Assembly (NCBI GenBank): GCA_027623675.1
Contig: JAQBVF010000021.1
Span: 1-64,000, forward strand
Origin: Chloroflexota bacterium
GTDB lineage: Bacteria; Chloroflexota; Dehalococcoidia; Lucifugimonadales; UBA3495
Direction: 5' to 3'
Length of the DNA stretch: 64,000 bases
The notes under the pieces were generated by a model. It made no database searches. It saw only the letters and a program-made list of their open reading frames with translations, and was not told where the DNA came from. This document shows positions 18,493-28,134 of the stretch, piece after piece (position 1 is the stretch's first letter; each line of letters starts with the position of its first letter). A program made the translations under genes and the position numbers.

Positions 18493-19167
18493 TTGTCCGA
18501 ACTGATTGACCTGACATTAACTCTGGGCAGCGACCGGATCAGTTTGGTGCCCGGACTGGTGGGCGTGGAGACTGAGCCGATCCAGACTCACGCCACCCAC
18601 GCCCGCTCCAATCAGAAGCTGTGCCTGGCCACCCACATCGGCACCCACGTGGACGCCCCCTTTCATTTCGTGGACGGCGCGACCACCGTGGAGAACATGC
18701 CCCTTGAGAAGTACGCCGGCCCGGCCCTGCTGCTGGACCTCCGGCAGGTGTTCAAGGGGCGATCGCCGCTGTTGGTCTCGGAGCTTGAGGCTGCGGGCGC
18801 CAACGCCGAGACCGTCAAAGACAAGATTGTGGTGCTGTTCACCGGCTGGGCTGAAGCCGAGTCGGGCGGACCCAAGTTCTACGGACATGGCCCCTACCTC
18901 AGCACCGAAGGCGCCGCATTCCTGGCCGATTGCGGGGCCAACGCCGTGGCCGTGGACTTCCCCATCGACAAGCACCCCGAAACGCCGCTGTCCACCATCA
19001 AAGACTTTCCCGTGCACCGGCTGCTTCTGGGGCAGAACATCCCCCTGATCGAGAACCTGATCAACCTAGACAAGCTGGTGGGCAAGGAATTCGAGCTTTG
19101 GGCCCTGCCGTTAAAGCTCAAGGGCGGAGACGGCGCCGCCACCAGGGCCGTCGCCCGCGTCCTCTAG
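18493..19167 (+). CDS. Cyclase family metal hydrolase (kynurenine formamidase-like)
   Basis: HIGTHVDAPFH, VHRLLL, IENL, LPLKLKGGDGA..RAVA. Confidence 0.9.
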   Translation: MSELIDLTLTLGSDRISLVPGLVGVETEPIQTHATHARSNQKLCLATHIGTHVDAPFHFVDGATTVENMPLEKYAGPALLLDLRQVFKGRSPLLVSELEAAGANAETVKDKIVVLFTGWAEAESGGPKFYGHGPYLSTEGAAFLADCGANAVAVDFPIDKHPETPLSTIKDFPVHRLLLGQNIPLIENLINLDKLVGKEFELWALPLKLKGGDGAATRAVARVL

Positions 19168-19191
19168 CCCCCGATCGGTTATGAAGGCGAA

Positions 19192-19818
19192 ATGACCACG
19201 CCCATCTTGCTGGCCACTGGCAACGAAGCCAAGCAGGAGGCCTTCCGGACTCTGCTGGATGGTCTTCCCCTCGCTCCGGTCAGCCCCTCCAGCCTTGGCA
19301 TCAGCGCATCCACCGGCGAAGGCGGCGACACTCACCGCGACATCGCCTGTGAGAAGGCCATCGAGTGGTCGCGCGCCGGGTCCATGCTGGCGATAGCCTC
19401 CGACGGCGGCCTGGTGATCCCCGCGCTCGGGCCTGCCTGGGAGAGCCGCCGCACCCGCCGGTTCGCCGGTCCAGGCGTGGACGACGCCCAACGGGTCGAC
19501 CGCCTGCTGGAACTGATGCAGCCGTTCACCGGCGCTGACAGAAGCGCATCCTGGGCCGAAGCGGTGGCCATCGCCCATAAAGGGCGCCTGCTGGCCTCCT
19601 GGGAGCTTGTTGGGGCCACCGGAGAGATCGCCCAACAGCGTGAGCCCGGCCCCGTATCCGAGTTCTGGGCCTTCACTCTCTGGTCATTCCCCCGGTTCGG
19701 CAAGAACTACAACTGCCTGTCCCAGGAAGAGAAGCTTTCTTTGAACGATCACTGGACCCGCCTCGGTCAACTGGTCCGCCGATTCTTTCGGTCCATCTAC
19801 GTCCCTCCCCAGGACTAG
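19192..19818 (+). CDS. Ham1/ITPase-like non-canonical NTP pyrophosphatase (divergent)
   Basis: LLATGNEAK, E.G.T..D.A..KA, ASDGGL; canonical SHR replaced by DHW. Confidence 0.7.
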   Translation: MTTPILLATGNEAKQEAFRTLLDGLPLAPVSPSSLGISASTGEGGDTHRDIACEKAIEWSRAGSMLAIASDGGLVIPALGPAWESRRTRRFAGPGVDDAQRVDRLLELMQPFTGADRSASWAEAVAIAHKGRLLASWELVGATGEIAQQREPGPVSEFWAFTLWSFPRFGKNYNCLSQEEKLSLNDHWTRLGQLVRRFFRSIYVPPQD

Positions 19819-19901
19819 CTCCGTTGGTGCGGACTGCCCATTTGGGATACAATCATTTCGTGGGCATCTTGCGTGCCTGAACCGGCTATCTCCCGGAGAC
19901 A

Positions 19902-20873
19902 GTGACTGGATTGACCACTCCTGCCAAACCCCCGGCCACCGGAGAAGAATTCCAGGCCCCCGAGTCCATCGAAGCTGTCCAGAACCTGCTGCGCGACCAG
20001 GTTTACATCAGCGACCGGGCGCTGGCGGTGCCCGTATTCCTGGCGATGAAGCTGCAGCGCCCTCTGTTCTTGGAGGGTGAGGCCGGTGTCGGCAAGACCG
20101 AGATCGCCCGAGCCCTCGCCGCCGGACTTGGCACCAAATTGATCCGCCTGCAATGCTACGAAGGGCTGGATGTTAGCCAGGCGGTCTACGAGTGGAACCA
20201 CACCCGGCAGATCTTGGAGATCCGCCTGATGGAGGCCCGGGGAAACATAACCCAAGAATCCGCCGAACCAGACCTGTACGGCGAGAAGTTCCTCATCAAG
20301 CGGCCCCTGCTCCAGGCTATCGACGAGGCCCAGGAGAAACCGCCGGTCCTGCTCATTGACGAGCTTGACCGCTCCGACGAAGAGTTTGAGGGCTTCCTGC
20401 TGGAACTCCTCTCCGACTACCAGATCACGATCCCAGAGTTGGGCACCTTCAAAGCAGCCCACCCGCCCATAGTAATAATCACCTCCAACCGGACGCGGGA
20501 GGTGCACGACGCGCTGAAACGGCGCTGCCTCTACTACTGGGTCGACTACCCGGATTACCAGAAGGAACTCCAGATAATCTCGGCCAAGATCCCCCAGGCT
20601 CCCCGGAAGCTGGCCGAGCAGGTGACGGCCTTCATCCAAGAGATGCGGCAGACCGAGCTCTTCAAGATACCGGGCATCTCGGAGACGGTGGACTGGCTGT
20701 CCGCCCTGTTGGCCTTGAACCAGACGGAGTTGGGCCCAGAGATCATCGACGATACCCTGGGCATGATGCTCAAGTACCAGGACGATATCGAAGCCGTGAA
20801 GGGCGAGCCGGTGCGCGCCATGTTGGAACGCTCCAAGAACCAAGGTCCTCGCCGTGGAGGCCGCCGCGGATAG
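19902..20873 (+). CDS. coxD: MoxR-type AAA+ ATPase, CoxD-like
   Basis: Walker A GEAGVGKT, RLQCYEGLD, Walker B LLIDE, TSNRTREVHDALKRRC. Confidence 0.85.
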   Translation: MTGLTTPAKPPATGEEFQAPESIEAVQNLLRDQVYISDRALAVPVFLAMKLQRPLFLEGEAGVGKTEIARALAAGLGTKLIRLQCYEGLDVSQAVYEWNHTRQILEIRLMEARGNITQESAEPDLYGEKFLIKRPLLQAIDEAQEKPPVLLIDELDRSDEEFEGFLLELLSDYQITIPELGTFKAAHPPIVIITSNRTREVHDALKRRCLYYWVDYPDYQKELQIISAKIPQAPRKLAEQVTAFIQEMRQTELFKIPGISETVDWLSALLALNQTELGPEIIDDTLGMMLKYQDDIEAVKGEPVRAMLERSKNQGPRRGGRRG

Positions 20874-20875
20874 CC

Positions 20876-22225
20876 ATGCCTGGTCCCATTCCAATCATCC
20901 CCAACGACGCCGGCCCGGACGGCCACATCCTGCACAGCTTGACCCTCTTTGCGGAGATGCTACGGCGGGTGGGGTTGGAGGTCGGCTCCGGCAACATGCT
21001 GGACCTGGTCAAGGCCACCGAGCACGTGTCCATCGGTAAGAGGGGTGAATTTTTCCAGGCCGCCCGAAGCATTCTGGTGCACCGCAAGCAGGACCTGCCC
21101 ATCTTCGACGAGGCCTTCCAGGTGTTCTGGCGCAAACCCTCTGACCGCACGACCACCATGGACCTGCGTTCGCTGGGAGAACAGAAACGCTTCAAGAAGC
21201 CCCAGGTATCCACCGGCCGCGACGACGAACCGGGAAACGCCGGGACCGTCCAGGGCGAACCTGACGACGATTCGGTGCAGAACGTGGACCTGAGCCGCAC
21301 CTACAGCGCGGTGGAGGTCTTTCGCCAGAAGGACTTCTCCGAATTCACATCGCGGGAGATGGCCGATGCGCGCCTGATGATGTCCGGCCTGAGCTGGGAC
21401 CTGGGGCAGCGCCGCACCCGCCGTTTAACCGCGGGAAGGTCGGGGCCGCTGGACCTGCGCCGGACCATGCGAAACAGCCTGCGGAACGGCGGCGAGTTCC
21501 TGGACCTTTCGCACCGGTCTCCCAAAGACAAACCCCGCTCCCTGGTGCTCATCTGCGACGTGAGCGGTTCCATGGAACGTTACACCCGCATCCTGCTCCA
21601 GTTCATCCACACCATCGCCGGTGGCTCGCTCATGGGCGGCGTCGAGCAACTCGAAGCATTTTTGTTCGCCACGCGGCTCACCCGGATCACCCGGAGCTTG
21701 AAATACCGCAGCATCGACCAGGCGGTTGACGAAGTCTCGAAGTCGGTCCCCGACTGGGCCGGCGGCACGCGAATCGGCGACGCGGTCAAGACGTTCAATT
21801 ACACCTGGCTGCGGCGGGTGCTGCGCGGACAGGCTGTGGTCTTGATCATCTCCGATGGCTGGGACCGTGGCGACCCGGAGCTACTGGCCCGGGAAACGTC
21901 ACGGCTGCAGCGCAGTTGCCATCGGCTCATCTGGCTGAACCCGCTGCTAGGCTCTCCCGACTACCAGCCGCTGACCCAAGGGATGAAGGCGGCGCTGCCA
22001 TTCGTGGACGATTTCCTGCCGGTGCACAACCTGAACAGCCTGCAATCGCTGGCTCAACACCTGAATTCCCTGGCTCCCGACCGTACTCTAGGACCGGCGT
22101 ACCATACTCCTGCCAAGGAACAGGAACCTGAGCCGGAGCCTGGGGCGGCCGCCGCACCGGACCGGCCCATAGACCGGCTGAAGCTGCCCACCTTCCAGCA
22201 CCCCCAATGGGGCAAGAGACCCTAG
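20876..22225 (+). CDS. coxE: VWA domain protein, CoxE-like
   Basis: MIDAS DVSGSM, GGTRIG, SDGWDRGD, WLNPL; directly follows coxD. Confidence 0.85.
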   Translation: MPGPIPIIPNDAGPDGHILHSLTLFAEMLRRVGLEVGSGNMLDLVKATEHVSIGKRGEFFQAARSILVHRKQDLPIFDEAFQVFWRKPSDRTTTMDLRSLGEQKRFKKPQVSTGRDDEPGNAGTVQGEPDDDSVQNVDLSRTYSAVEVFRQKDFSEFTSREMADARLMMSGLSWDLGQRRTRRLTAGRSGPLDLRRTMRNSLRNGGEFLDLSHRSPKDKPRSLVLICDVSGSMERYTRILLQFIHTIAGGSLMGGVEQLEAFLFATRLTRITRSLKYRSIDQAVDEVSKSVPDWAGGTRIGDAVKTFNYTWLRRVLRGQAVVLIISDGWDRGDPELLARETSRLQRSCHRLIWLNPLLGSPDYQPLTQGMKAALPFVDDFLPVHNLNSLQSLAQHLNSLAPDRTLGPAYHTPAKEQEPEPEPGAAAAPDRPIDRLKLPTFQHPQWGKRP

Positions 22226-22241
22226 CGTACCAGCGAGATCG

Positions 22242-23081
22242 TCAGTCCCGTTGGGCGAGAGACGGACAGACCGTCTTCCCCAATAGCAACACCACTGCGA
22301 ACGACAAGGCAGCCAAGGCCCCACCGGCCATGGCGTCCAGGATAAAGTGGTTGCCCGTGAGCACGATGGCGAGAAAAGTCACAGCCGGATACGCCAAGCC
22401 CAGAAGACGCCACCAGCCGCTGAGCGACCTCCAGAACAACACTCCCAGTATCGCCGTCCAACTGAAATGCAGGCTGGGCATGGCGGCCGAGATGTTGTAG
22501 AGCGATGCCATGCCCTCGCTGCCGTAAAATGTCGGCCCAAACTCTTGGATGGTGTTGAGCAGATCAACGCCCGGGACGGCGAAGGGCGACGCCACGGGGA
22601 ATAGCATGAAGGTGAGCAAAGCGCCGGCCAGGTCGACAAATACGACCGTGCGGTAGAAGTTGTAGTCTCGCCGCCGCCGCAGGTACAGGACCAAAGCGGC
22701 CACCAATATCACTGGCCAATAGGTGATGATGTACACCCAGTTCAGCGTGACCACCAGCCCCTTCACGTTCTCCACCGCCCACGACTGCCAACCCGGCTCC
22801 CAGAGAAACCCCAGGCTTTCCTCCAGGGAGACTATCTTGCCGGCGTTGCGCAGGCCCTCCGCCTGGGTGTCAGCGTAGACCAGCCCCCTGGTCGCCAGGT
22901 AGACCAGATAGGCGGCAATATAGAGGGCAATCTCCCGCAGGGCCGGAAGCCTATCTCGTAGGGCGGTTGTCACCATGGCATACAAGCCCGCCGGCCCCGC
23001 CCCGTTAGCTTCCGAAACGGCGTGCCGGTGGCAGTCGAGGTGGTCCGTGGTTGAATTTGGCCGGTCTTGTGCGCCATTCAA
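22242..23081 (-). CDS. PAP2 superfamily (AUR1/IPC-synthase-like) membrane protein, paralog 2; start uncertain
   Basis: FPVASP, AAMPSLHF, TGNHFILD; multiple TM segments. Confidence 0.82.
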   Translation of the reverse strand: MNGAQDRPNSTTDHLDCHRHAVSEANGAGPAGLYAMVTTALRDRLPALREIALYIAAYLVYLATRGLVYADTQAEGLRNAGKIVSLEESLGFLWEPGWQSWAVENVKGLVVTLNWVYIITYWPVILVAALVLYLRRRRDYNFYRTVVFVDLAGALLTFMLFPVASPFAVPGVDLLNTIQEFGPTFYGSEGMASLYNISAAMPSLHFSWTAILGVLFWRSLSGWWRLLGLAYPAVTFLAIVLTGNHFILDAMAGGALAALSFAVVLLLGKTVCPSLAQRD

Positions 23082-23896
23082 TCGGCGGATTGAGACGGTC
23101 CGCCGGCAGTCCCAGGCCCGTGGCCAAACTCGGCGCGGGCCCTGGCAATCAACACGGGCAGAAAGAAGCGCCTGCGGAGGCCGAGTTCCATGGTCAGATA
23201 TGAAGCCAAGACCAACAGTCCCCCACCGACCGCGTCCATGATGTAGTGATTGCCAGTGATAGTTATGGCAAACAGCGTCAAGGTCGGGTAGATGACACCA
23301 AACACCTTGATCAGTCTATTATTCGTCCGGAGGAACATTACGCCGAACATCACGGTCCAGCCGAAATGAAGGCTGGGCATGGCGGCATAAGCATTGTAGT
23401 AATTGGCGAATTCGCGGCTGGCATAGCCCGATGGGCCAAAGGCGCCGATGGTGTCCACGAAGTGCTCGGCCATCATCCGGGGCGGCGCCAACGGAAACAA
23501 CATGAAACCCAACAGGGCGATCACGAAACTGAGCAAAACCACATTCCGGTAGTACTTGTAACGGTCCCGGTTGGTTAGATACAGAACCACCGCGGCGGTG
23601 AGAACAATGGGAAAGAAGGTAACTATGTAGGCCCAGTTGAAGAAGATCACCAGAGACAGTGCGCTTTCAATGGCCCACGCCTGCCAGACCGGCTCCCAGA
23701 AGAAACCCAAGTTCGTTTCGAAATCGATGACGCGGCGGGCGTTGGCTAAGGCGGTGCCTTGGAAATCTGAAAAGACCAGGGCGCGGGAGTACATGTAGAG
23801 GAAATAGCCGCCCACGACAATGCCTATCTCTCGCAGGTGCGGGAGCCATAACCTGGACCGGGGCCAACTGAGTGAAGCGTTATTAATCTTGGCCAT
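23078..23896 (-). CDS. PAP2 superfamily (AUR1/IPC-synthase-like) membrane protein, paralog 1
   Basis: FPLAPPRM, YAAMPSLHFGW, TGNHYIMD; ATG 23896 preferred. Confidence 0.85.
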   Translation of the reverse strand: MAKINNASLSWPRSRLWLPHLREIGIVVGGYFLYMYSRALVFSDFQGTALANARRVIDFETNLGFFWEPVWQAWAIESALSLVIFFNWAYIVTFFPIVLTAAVVLYLTNRDRYKYYRNVVLLSFVIALLGFMLFPLAPPRMMAEHFVDTIGAFGPSGYASREFANYYNAYAAMPSLHFGWTVMFGVMFLRTNNRLIKVFGVIYPTLTLFAITITGNHYIMDAVGGGLLVLASYLTMELGLRRRFFLPVLIARARAEFGHGPGTAGGPSQSAD

Positions 23897-24083
23897 TATC
23901 AGGCTGTCTTGTCGACCGATCGAATCCGGACCTTGGGGCGTCCAACCTAGCCAGCCGGCAGATACGGAGTCCAGTCCCGGCGACTCAACTGATTTCGATG
24001 CGCCGGCGACCGGGAGGTTTCCGCTGTTCAACCCAATTTTGACCCGCCTCGTCCCGAAATACCAGACCCGAAGGGCATAAATC

Positions 24084-25379
24084 TCACACCGGCTCTTCTT
24101 TCTTGGTCTCCAGTGGAGTTTCATCGTGCGGGTCTAAGGTAACGCCCGCGGCGGGCACCGAGTCTTCGGCTTTTGCGCCGTTGCCATGGGAGGGCTTCAC
24201 CCCGTTCACTTGCAACAACAAAGGCTCAGGTTGAAGTTCCACCGGACCCCGGCGCCGTGCGGCGGCGCTGCCCTTGTAAACGCTGCAATCCAGGCATCCA
24301 ACCCACTTCTCAGGTGTGATTCCCTTGTTGAACAGACCTCGGGCCGTGGTGTATTGGGCGTTGTTCCAGACGGCCTTCACCGTTGACTCGTTGAGGTCGC
24401 CAAAATCCTCGGTCTTGTCGGTGAGGTAACAACAGGGCGAGACCCCCCCATCCCAGTTGACCACCGCGGACCGCCACAACCGCCAACAGGCGCGGCCGTC
24501 TTCCTGGTAGGGTTTGTGGAACGGTTCATCCCTCAGGTACTCGGGATGCTGACGTGGCAGCCATCGTTCGGCTTCGGCGGGGTCATCTTCGCCGTGGGGA
24601 AAGTCTACTTTCTTGAAAACCAGCGAGTCGACCCCCAACTCTCCGGCCAACTGGCGGGCCTCATCCAACTGGTGCTCGTTCTGCCGCATGACGATAAACT
24701 GCCACTCGATATGGGGGGTCTTCGAGCCCAACTCCCGCTTCTTGCGGTCCAAGAGCCGCAGATTGTCCAACACACGGTCCATGTGGCCGGTCACGCGGTA
24801 GATCTCGTATACGTCCTGAGTCACGCCATCCAGCGAGACGATCATAACGTCCAGTCCCGATCTGATCACCTGCTCCGCCATCTCGGGGGTCAGGGGTTTG
24901 TTCAGATTGGAACTGATGATCGTGGCGATCTTCTGTTTATGGGCGTACGCGATGTATTCGTGGATCCTAGCATTCAGGAAGGGTTCGCCCCAGCTGTAGA
25001 GCGTGAGCCACATGCAGGAGTCTTTGATCTGGTCGACGGTCTCAGTGAAGAGACCGTAGTCCATCACGCCCTGGTCCCGGTGGATCGTGCCTTTGCCGGT
25101 GTGACAAAGGGGGCATTTCAACTGGCAGATATTGGTGGTGTCGATCTCCCATTCGTAGGGCGACCCGGAGACGATCCGCTTCGTGAACCTGAGTTGGGAC
25201 TCAACCCGGAGGAAGTTCCAGAATTTACGCCAGCTGAAATACCGGGCCGCCAGCCAGAACCGCTGGTCTCTGCGGCCGTCGGCAACCGACTCAATCACGC
25301 CGCCATTAACCTGCAGCCAACGTTCGCCAACATAGATGGCTATCTTGAGTATCCAGAAGAAAGGGTTATATCGGACCAT
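24084..25379 (-). CDS. Radical SAM protein with SPASM/twitch domain; start uncertain
   Basis: CQLKCPLC, WGEPFL, VSLDG; C-terminal CWRLW..VSPCC..CLDC. Confidence 0.88.
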   Translation of the reverse strand: MVRYNPFFWILKIAIYVGERWLQVNGGVIESVADGRRDQRFWLAARYFSWRKFWNFLRVESQLRFTKRIVSGSPYEWEIDTTNICQLKCPLCHTGKGTIHRDQGVMDYGLFTETVDQIKDSCMWLTLYSWGEPFLNARIHEYIAYAHKQKIATIISSNLNKPLTPEMAEQVIRSGLDVMIVSLDGVTQDVYEIYRVTGHMDRVLDNLRLLDRKKRELGSKTPHIEWQFIVMRQNEHQLDEARQLAGELGVDSLVFKKVDFPHGEDDPAEAERWLPRQHPEYLRDEPFHKPYQEDGRACWRLWRSAVVNWDGGVSPCCYLTDKTEDFGDLNESTVKAVWNNAQYTTARGLFNKGITPEKWVGCLDCSVYKGSAAARRRGPVELQPEPLLLQVNGVKPSHGNGAKAEDSVPAAGVTLDPHDETPLETKKEEPV

Positions 25380-25775
25380 TTTCTACAAGGGAACAGGCAA
25401 CCCGGCCAGGTTACAGGGTCGCCTCGGGATTCCCTCACCCCCAATGAAGTCCGTTAGGCTGGTCGAGCAGCCGCGCTCGCCCGGCGAGACACCTTCGTCT
25501 GCGACAGCTTCACGGCTCCGTTTCTTAGGCTTTTAGGTCTTGGCCGCCGCGCTGTCTACAACTATATATGATTCAGAATCAAAAAATATGATTCAATCAG
25601 GCCGAAAATACCGGCCGAAAATTTCAGACCGTATGATGCAGTTCAAAATTGACTAGGCTCAAACCGGCGGAGTATCCTTGTTTAATTCTCAAGGACCTAC
25701 CCTCCGGCGCCCCGCCGGTAACCCCTCCAACAGGCTCCTATGCTGTACGGGCCATTGGACCGAAAGGCGACGTAT

Positions 25776-26240
25776 ATGAGTTCGAAGAAGCAGGTTTTTT
25801 CCCCGGCCCAGCGGTCACTTTTGACCGAGGTCATAAACCGCATAATTCCTCCCAAGGACCAACACCCCGGTGCGGGCGACCTGGGGATCGCCTCATTCAT
25901 CGAAGATGCCGCGGCGGGCGCAACGGGCCTCACCCGACTGTTCAACGAGGGACTGGCCCAGATAGCTGTCGCCGCCGGTCAAAGCCCAGCCGGTGCGTTC
26001 AGCGCGCTGCCCAACGCCGACAAGGACGAATTGCTGCGGGCTATCGAGGCGGCCAATGCCACTTTCTTCGACCAATTGGTGCTTCAGACCTATAATGGCT
26101 ATTACACTAACCCAAAGGTCTTCGAGGTCATAGGCTATACTATGCCTACCCTGGCCCCTCCTGGTTCCCAGCCGGAGTTGCTGGACGTGTCGCTCCTAGA
26201 CCAGCAACGGAAGCGGGAGCCGTTCTGGAAGAAAGTCTAG
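25776..26240 (+). CDS. Gluconate 2-dehydrogenase subunit 3-like protein
   Basis: RIIP...PGA, F.AL....DELL..IE...FF..L...T.NGYY..P.V...IGY. Confidence 0.7.
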   Translation: MSSKKQVFSPAQRSLLTEVINRIIPPKDQHPGAGDLGIASFIEDAAAGATGLTRLFNEGLAQIAVAAGQSPAGAFSALPNADKDELLRAIEAANATFFDQLVLQTYNGYYTNPKVFEVIGYTMPTLAPPGSQPELLDVSLLDQQRKREPFWKKV

Positions 26241-26387
26241 CCGGGTCTGAAGATTCAGGCAGCAAACAAGCCGGCATCCCCGAAGTTCGCGACGAGGGAA
26301 ACAAGCACCGGCAGCCTGATACGAAAGTCTGAATCCGAGGACTGAAACCGAAACCTCCAACCAAAGCCTGTTACCAAAAGGCGCATT

Positions 26388-27053
26388 ATGCCAAGAGAAG
26401 ATTTTGACCAACAACTGAATCAGCTGCAATCAGAGGTCGAGACCCTTGCTCAGATCGTGAGCAAGTCCATCAACCGGGCCGTTGATGCGCTGAAACGGCG
26501 GGACCTGGTCGCGTCGCAACAAGTGATCAACGACGACGACCACATCGACCAGAGGCGGTTCGAGATTGAGGAGCGCTGCGTCGACATGATTGCGACTCAG
26601 CAGCCAATGGCCGGCGACCTGCGGGCCATCATCGCCCTGCTGCACATCGTGGTTGAACTGGAGCGCATGGGGGACTACGCCGAAGGCATCGCCAAGATCA
26701 GCCTATCCATGGGCGAGATGCCGCCGCTGAAGCCGCTGATCGACATACCCCGCATGGCAGAGAAAGCCACCACCATGTTGAACGACAGCATCGACTCGCT
26801 CCTGAGCCGGGATATGGTGAAAGCCAATGCCGTCTGTCAGGCCGATGACGAGGTGGATGACCTATATGACCAGGTCTACCGGGAACTCTTGCTGTTCATG
26901 ATCCAAGACCCGGACACCATCCAGCGCGCCACCTACCTGCTGTGGGTTGCCCACGACCTGGAGCGAATCGCCGACCGGGCCACTAACATCGCCGAGCGCG
27001 TGATCTTCTTGGTGAGCGGCAAGTTGGTGGAGATTAACGTCTCCCGCTACTAG
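26388..27053 (+). CDS. phoU: Phosphate signalling protein PhoU (copy 1)
   Basis: QQPMAGDLR, ELERMGDYA, DDEVDDLY, LERIADRATNIAE. Confidence 0.93.
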   Translation: MPREDFDQQLNQLQSEVETLAQIVSKSINRAVDALKRRDLVASQQVINDDDHIDQRRFEIEERCVDMIATQQPMAGDLRAIIALLHIVVELERMGDYAEGIAKISLSMGEMPPLKPLIDIPRMAEKATTMLNDSIDSLLSRDMVKANAVCQADDEVDDLYDQVYRELLLFMIQDPDTIQRATYLLWVAHDLERIADRATNIAERVIFLVSGKLVEINVSRY

Positions 27054-27080
27054 GCCCGTCACCCGGTTAACCCGACGCTG

Positions 27081-27989
27081 CTAGGCGGTGAACGCCAACT
27101 GCAACTGGCCCCTGGACGCCATGTTCTCCTGCACCTTGGCCCTATCCGGCAGGTCCCATTCGCGGCGCACACGGTCCACCGTGCCCAAGATACTCTTCGT
27201 GTAGTCCTGGGGCGCATAGGTCTTGTTGTTGTAGAGACGGTTGTAGCCGGGGGTCAGGTGAGGGTAGGCCTCCCGCAGCATGGGCATGAACCACTCTTTG
27301 GAGCCAGGTTTTAGGAACAACACGTTGGCCCCTAGATACTGGGCCTTGTGTCCGTGGGCCGCCTCCACCACCGCGCGGATGTTCTCCTCATTATCGGTGA
27401 TGCCCGGCAGCAGCGGGGCCATCATCACCCCGGCCGACACGCCGCTTTCCACCAAGAACTGCATGGCTTCCAGACGGGCCTGGGGCCGCGGGGTGCCCGG
27501 CTCCATCATCTGCCAAACTTTCTCATCAGTGGTCCCGATGCTGAAATTAACGTGGACGTCGGCAGCCTGGGTCAGCTCGGCCAGGATATCGGCGTCGCGG
27601 CGCACCAGCACTCCCTTGGTCGTGATGGACACCGGGTTCTGGAAATCGCGGAGGACGTGGAGGATGCGGCGGGTGATCTCATATTCGGCCTCGGCGGGCT
27701 CGTAGGGGTCGGAGGCTGTTCCGATCGCGATGGACTCGCGCCGCCAACTGGGGCGTTTCAGTTCCTTCCGCAGCACTTCGGGGGCGTTCACCTTGGCAAA
27801 TACGCGGGTCTCGAAATCCCGGCCAGAATCCATGCCCCAAAATTCGTGGGTGGGCCGAGCGTAACAGTAGGTGCACGCGTGGCGGCAGCCACGGTATGGG
27901 TTCAGGGTCCACCGGAAAGGAAACCGGGGAACATCAATCTTATTGAGCAGAGTCTTGCAGTAAATCTCTTGAACGTCGGCGCCTGCCAT
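27081..27989 (-). CDS. SplB/Rv2578c-like DNA-repair radical SAM protein
   Basis: LNPYRGCRHACTYCYAR, SDPYEPAE, ITTKG; ATG 27989 after AGGAG. Confidence 0.88.
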   Translation of the reverse strand: MAGADVQEIYCKTLLNKIDVPRFPFRWTLNPYRGCRHACTYCYARPTHEFWGMDSGRDFETRVFAKVNAPEVLRKELKRPSWRRESIAIGTASDPYEPAEAEYEITRRILHVLRDFQNPVSITTKGVLVRRDADILAELTQAADVHVNFSIGTTDEKVWQMMEPGTPRPQARLEAMQFLVESGVSAGVMMAPLLPGITDNEENIRAVVEAAHGHKAQYLGANVLFLKPGSKEWFMPMLREAYPHLTPGYNRLYNNKTYAPQDYTKSILGTVDRVRREWDLPDRAKVQENMASRGQLQLAFTA

Positions 27990-28030
27990 CGCTCCTCCCT
28001 GGCCAGTCAACATACGACATAGAATTTAAT

Positions 28031-28075
28031 AGAACATTCATTCTAATTATACGTTGCGCTCTCCAAGGAAGGCAA
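28031..28075 (-). promoter_or_regulatory. Promoter with LexA (SOS) box
   Basis: Minus-strand TTGCCT (28070-28075)-18 nt-TATAAT (28046-28051); AGAACATTCATTCT (28031-28044), one mismatch to AGAAC-N4-GTTCT. Confidence 0.7.
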
Positions 28076-28134
28076 CCCGGGGCCGTCAGGTGCCTGTGCT
28101 AGAATGCCACGAACGTCAATCAACCGAGGTGTAC

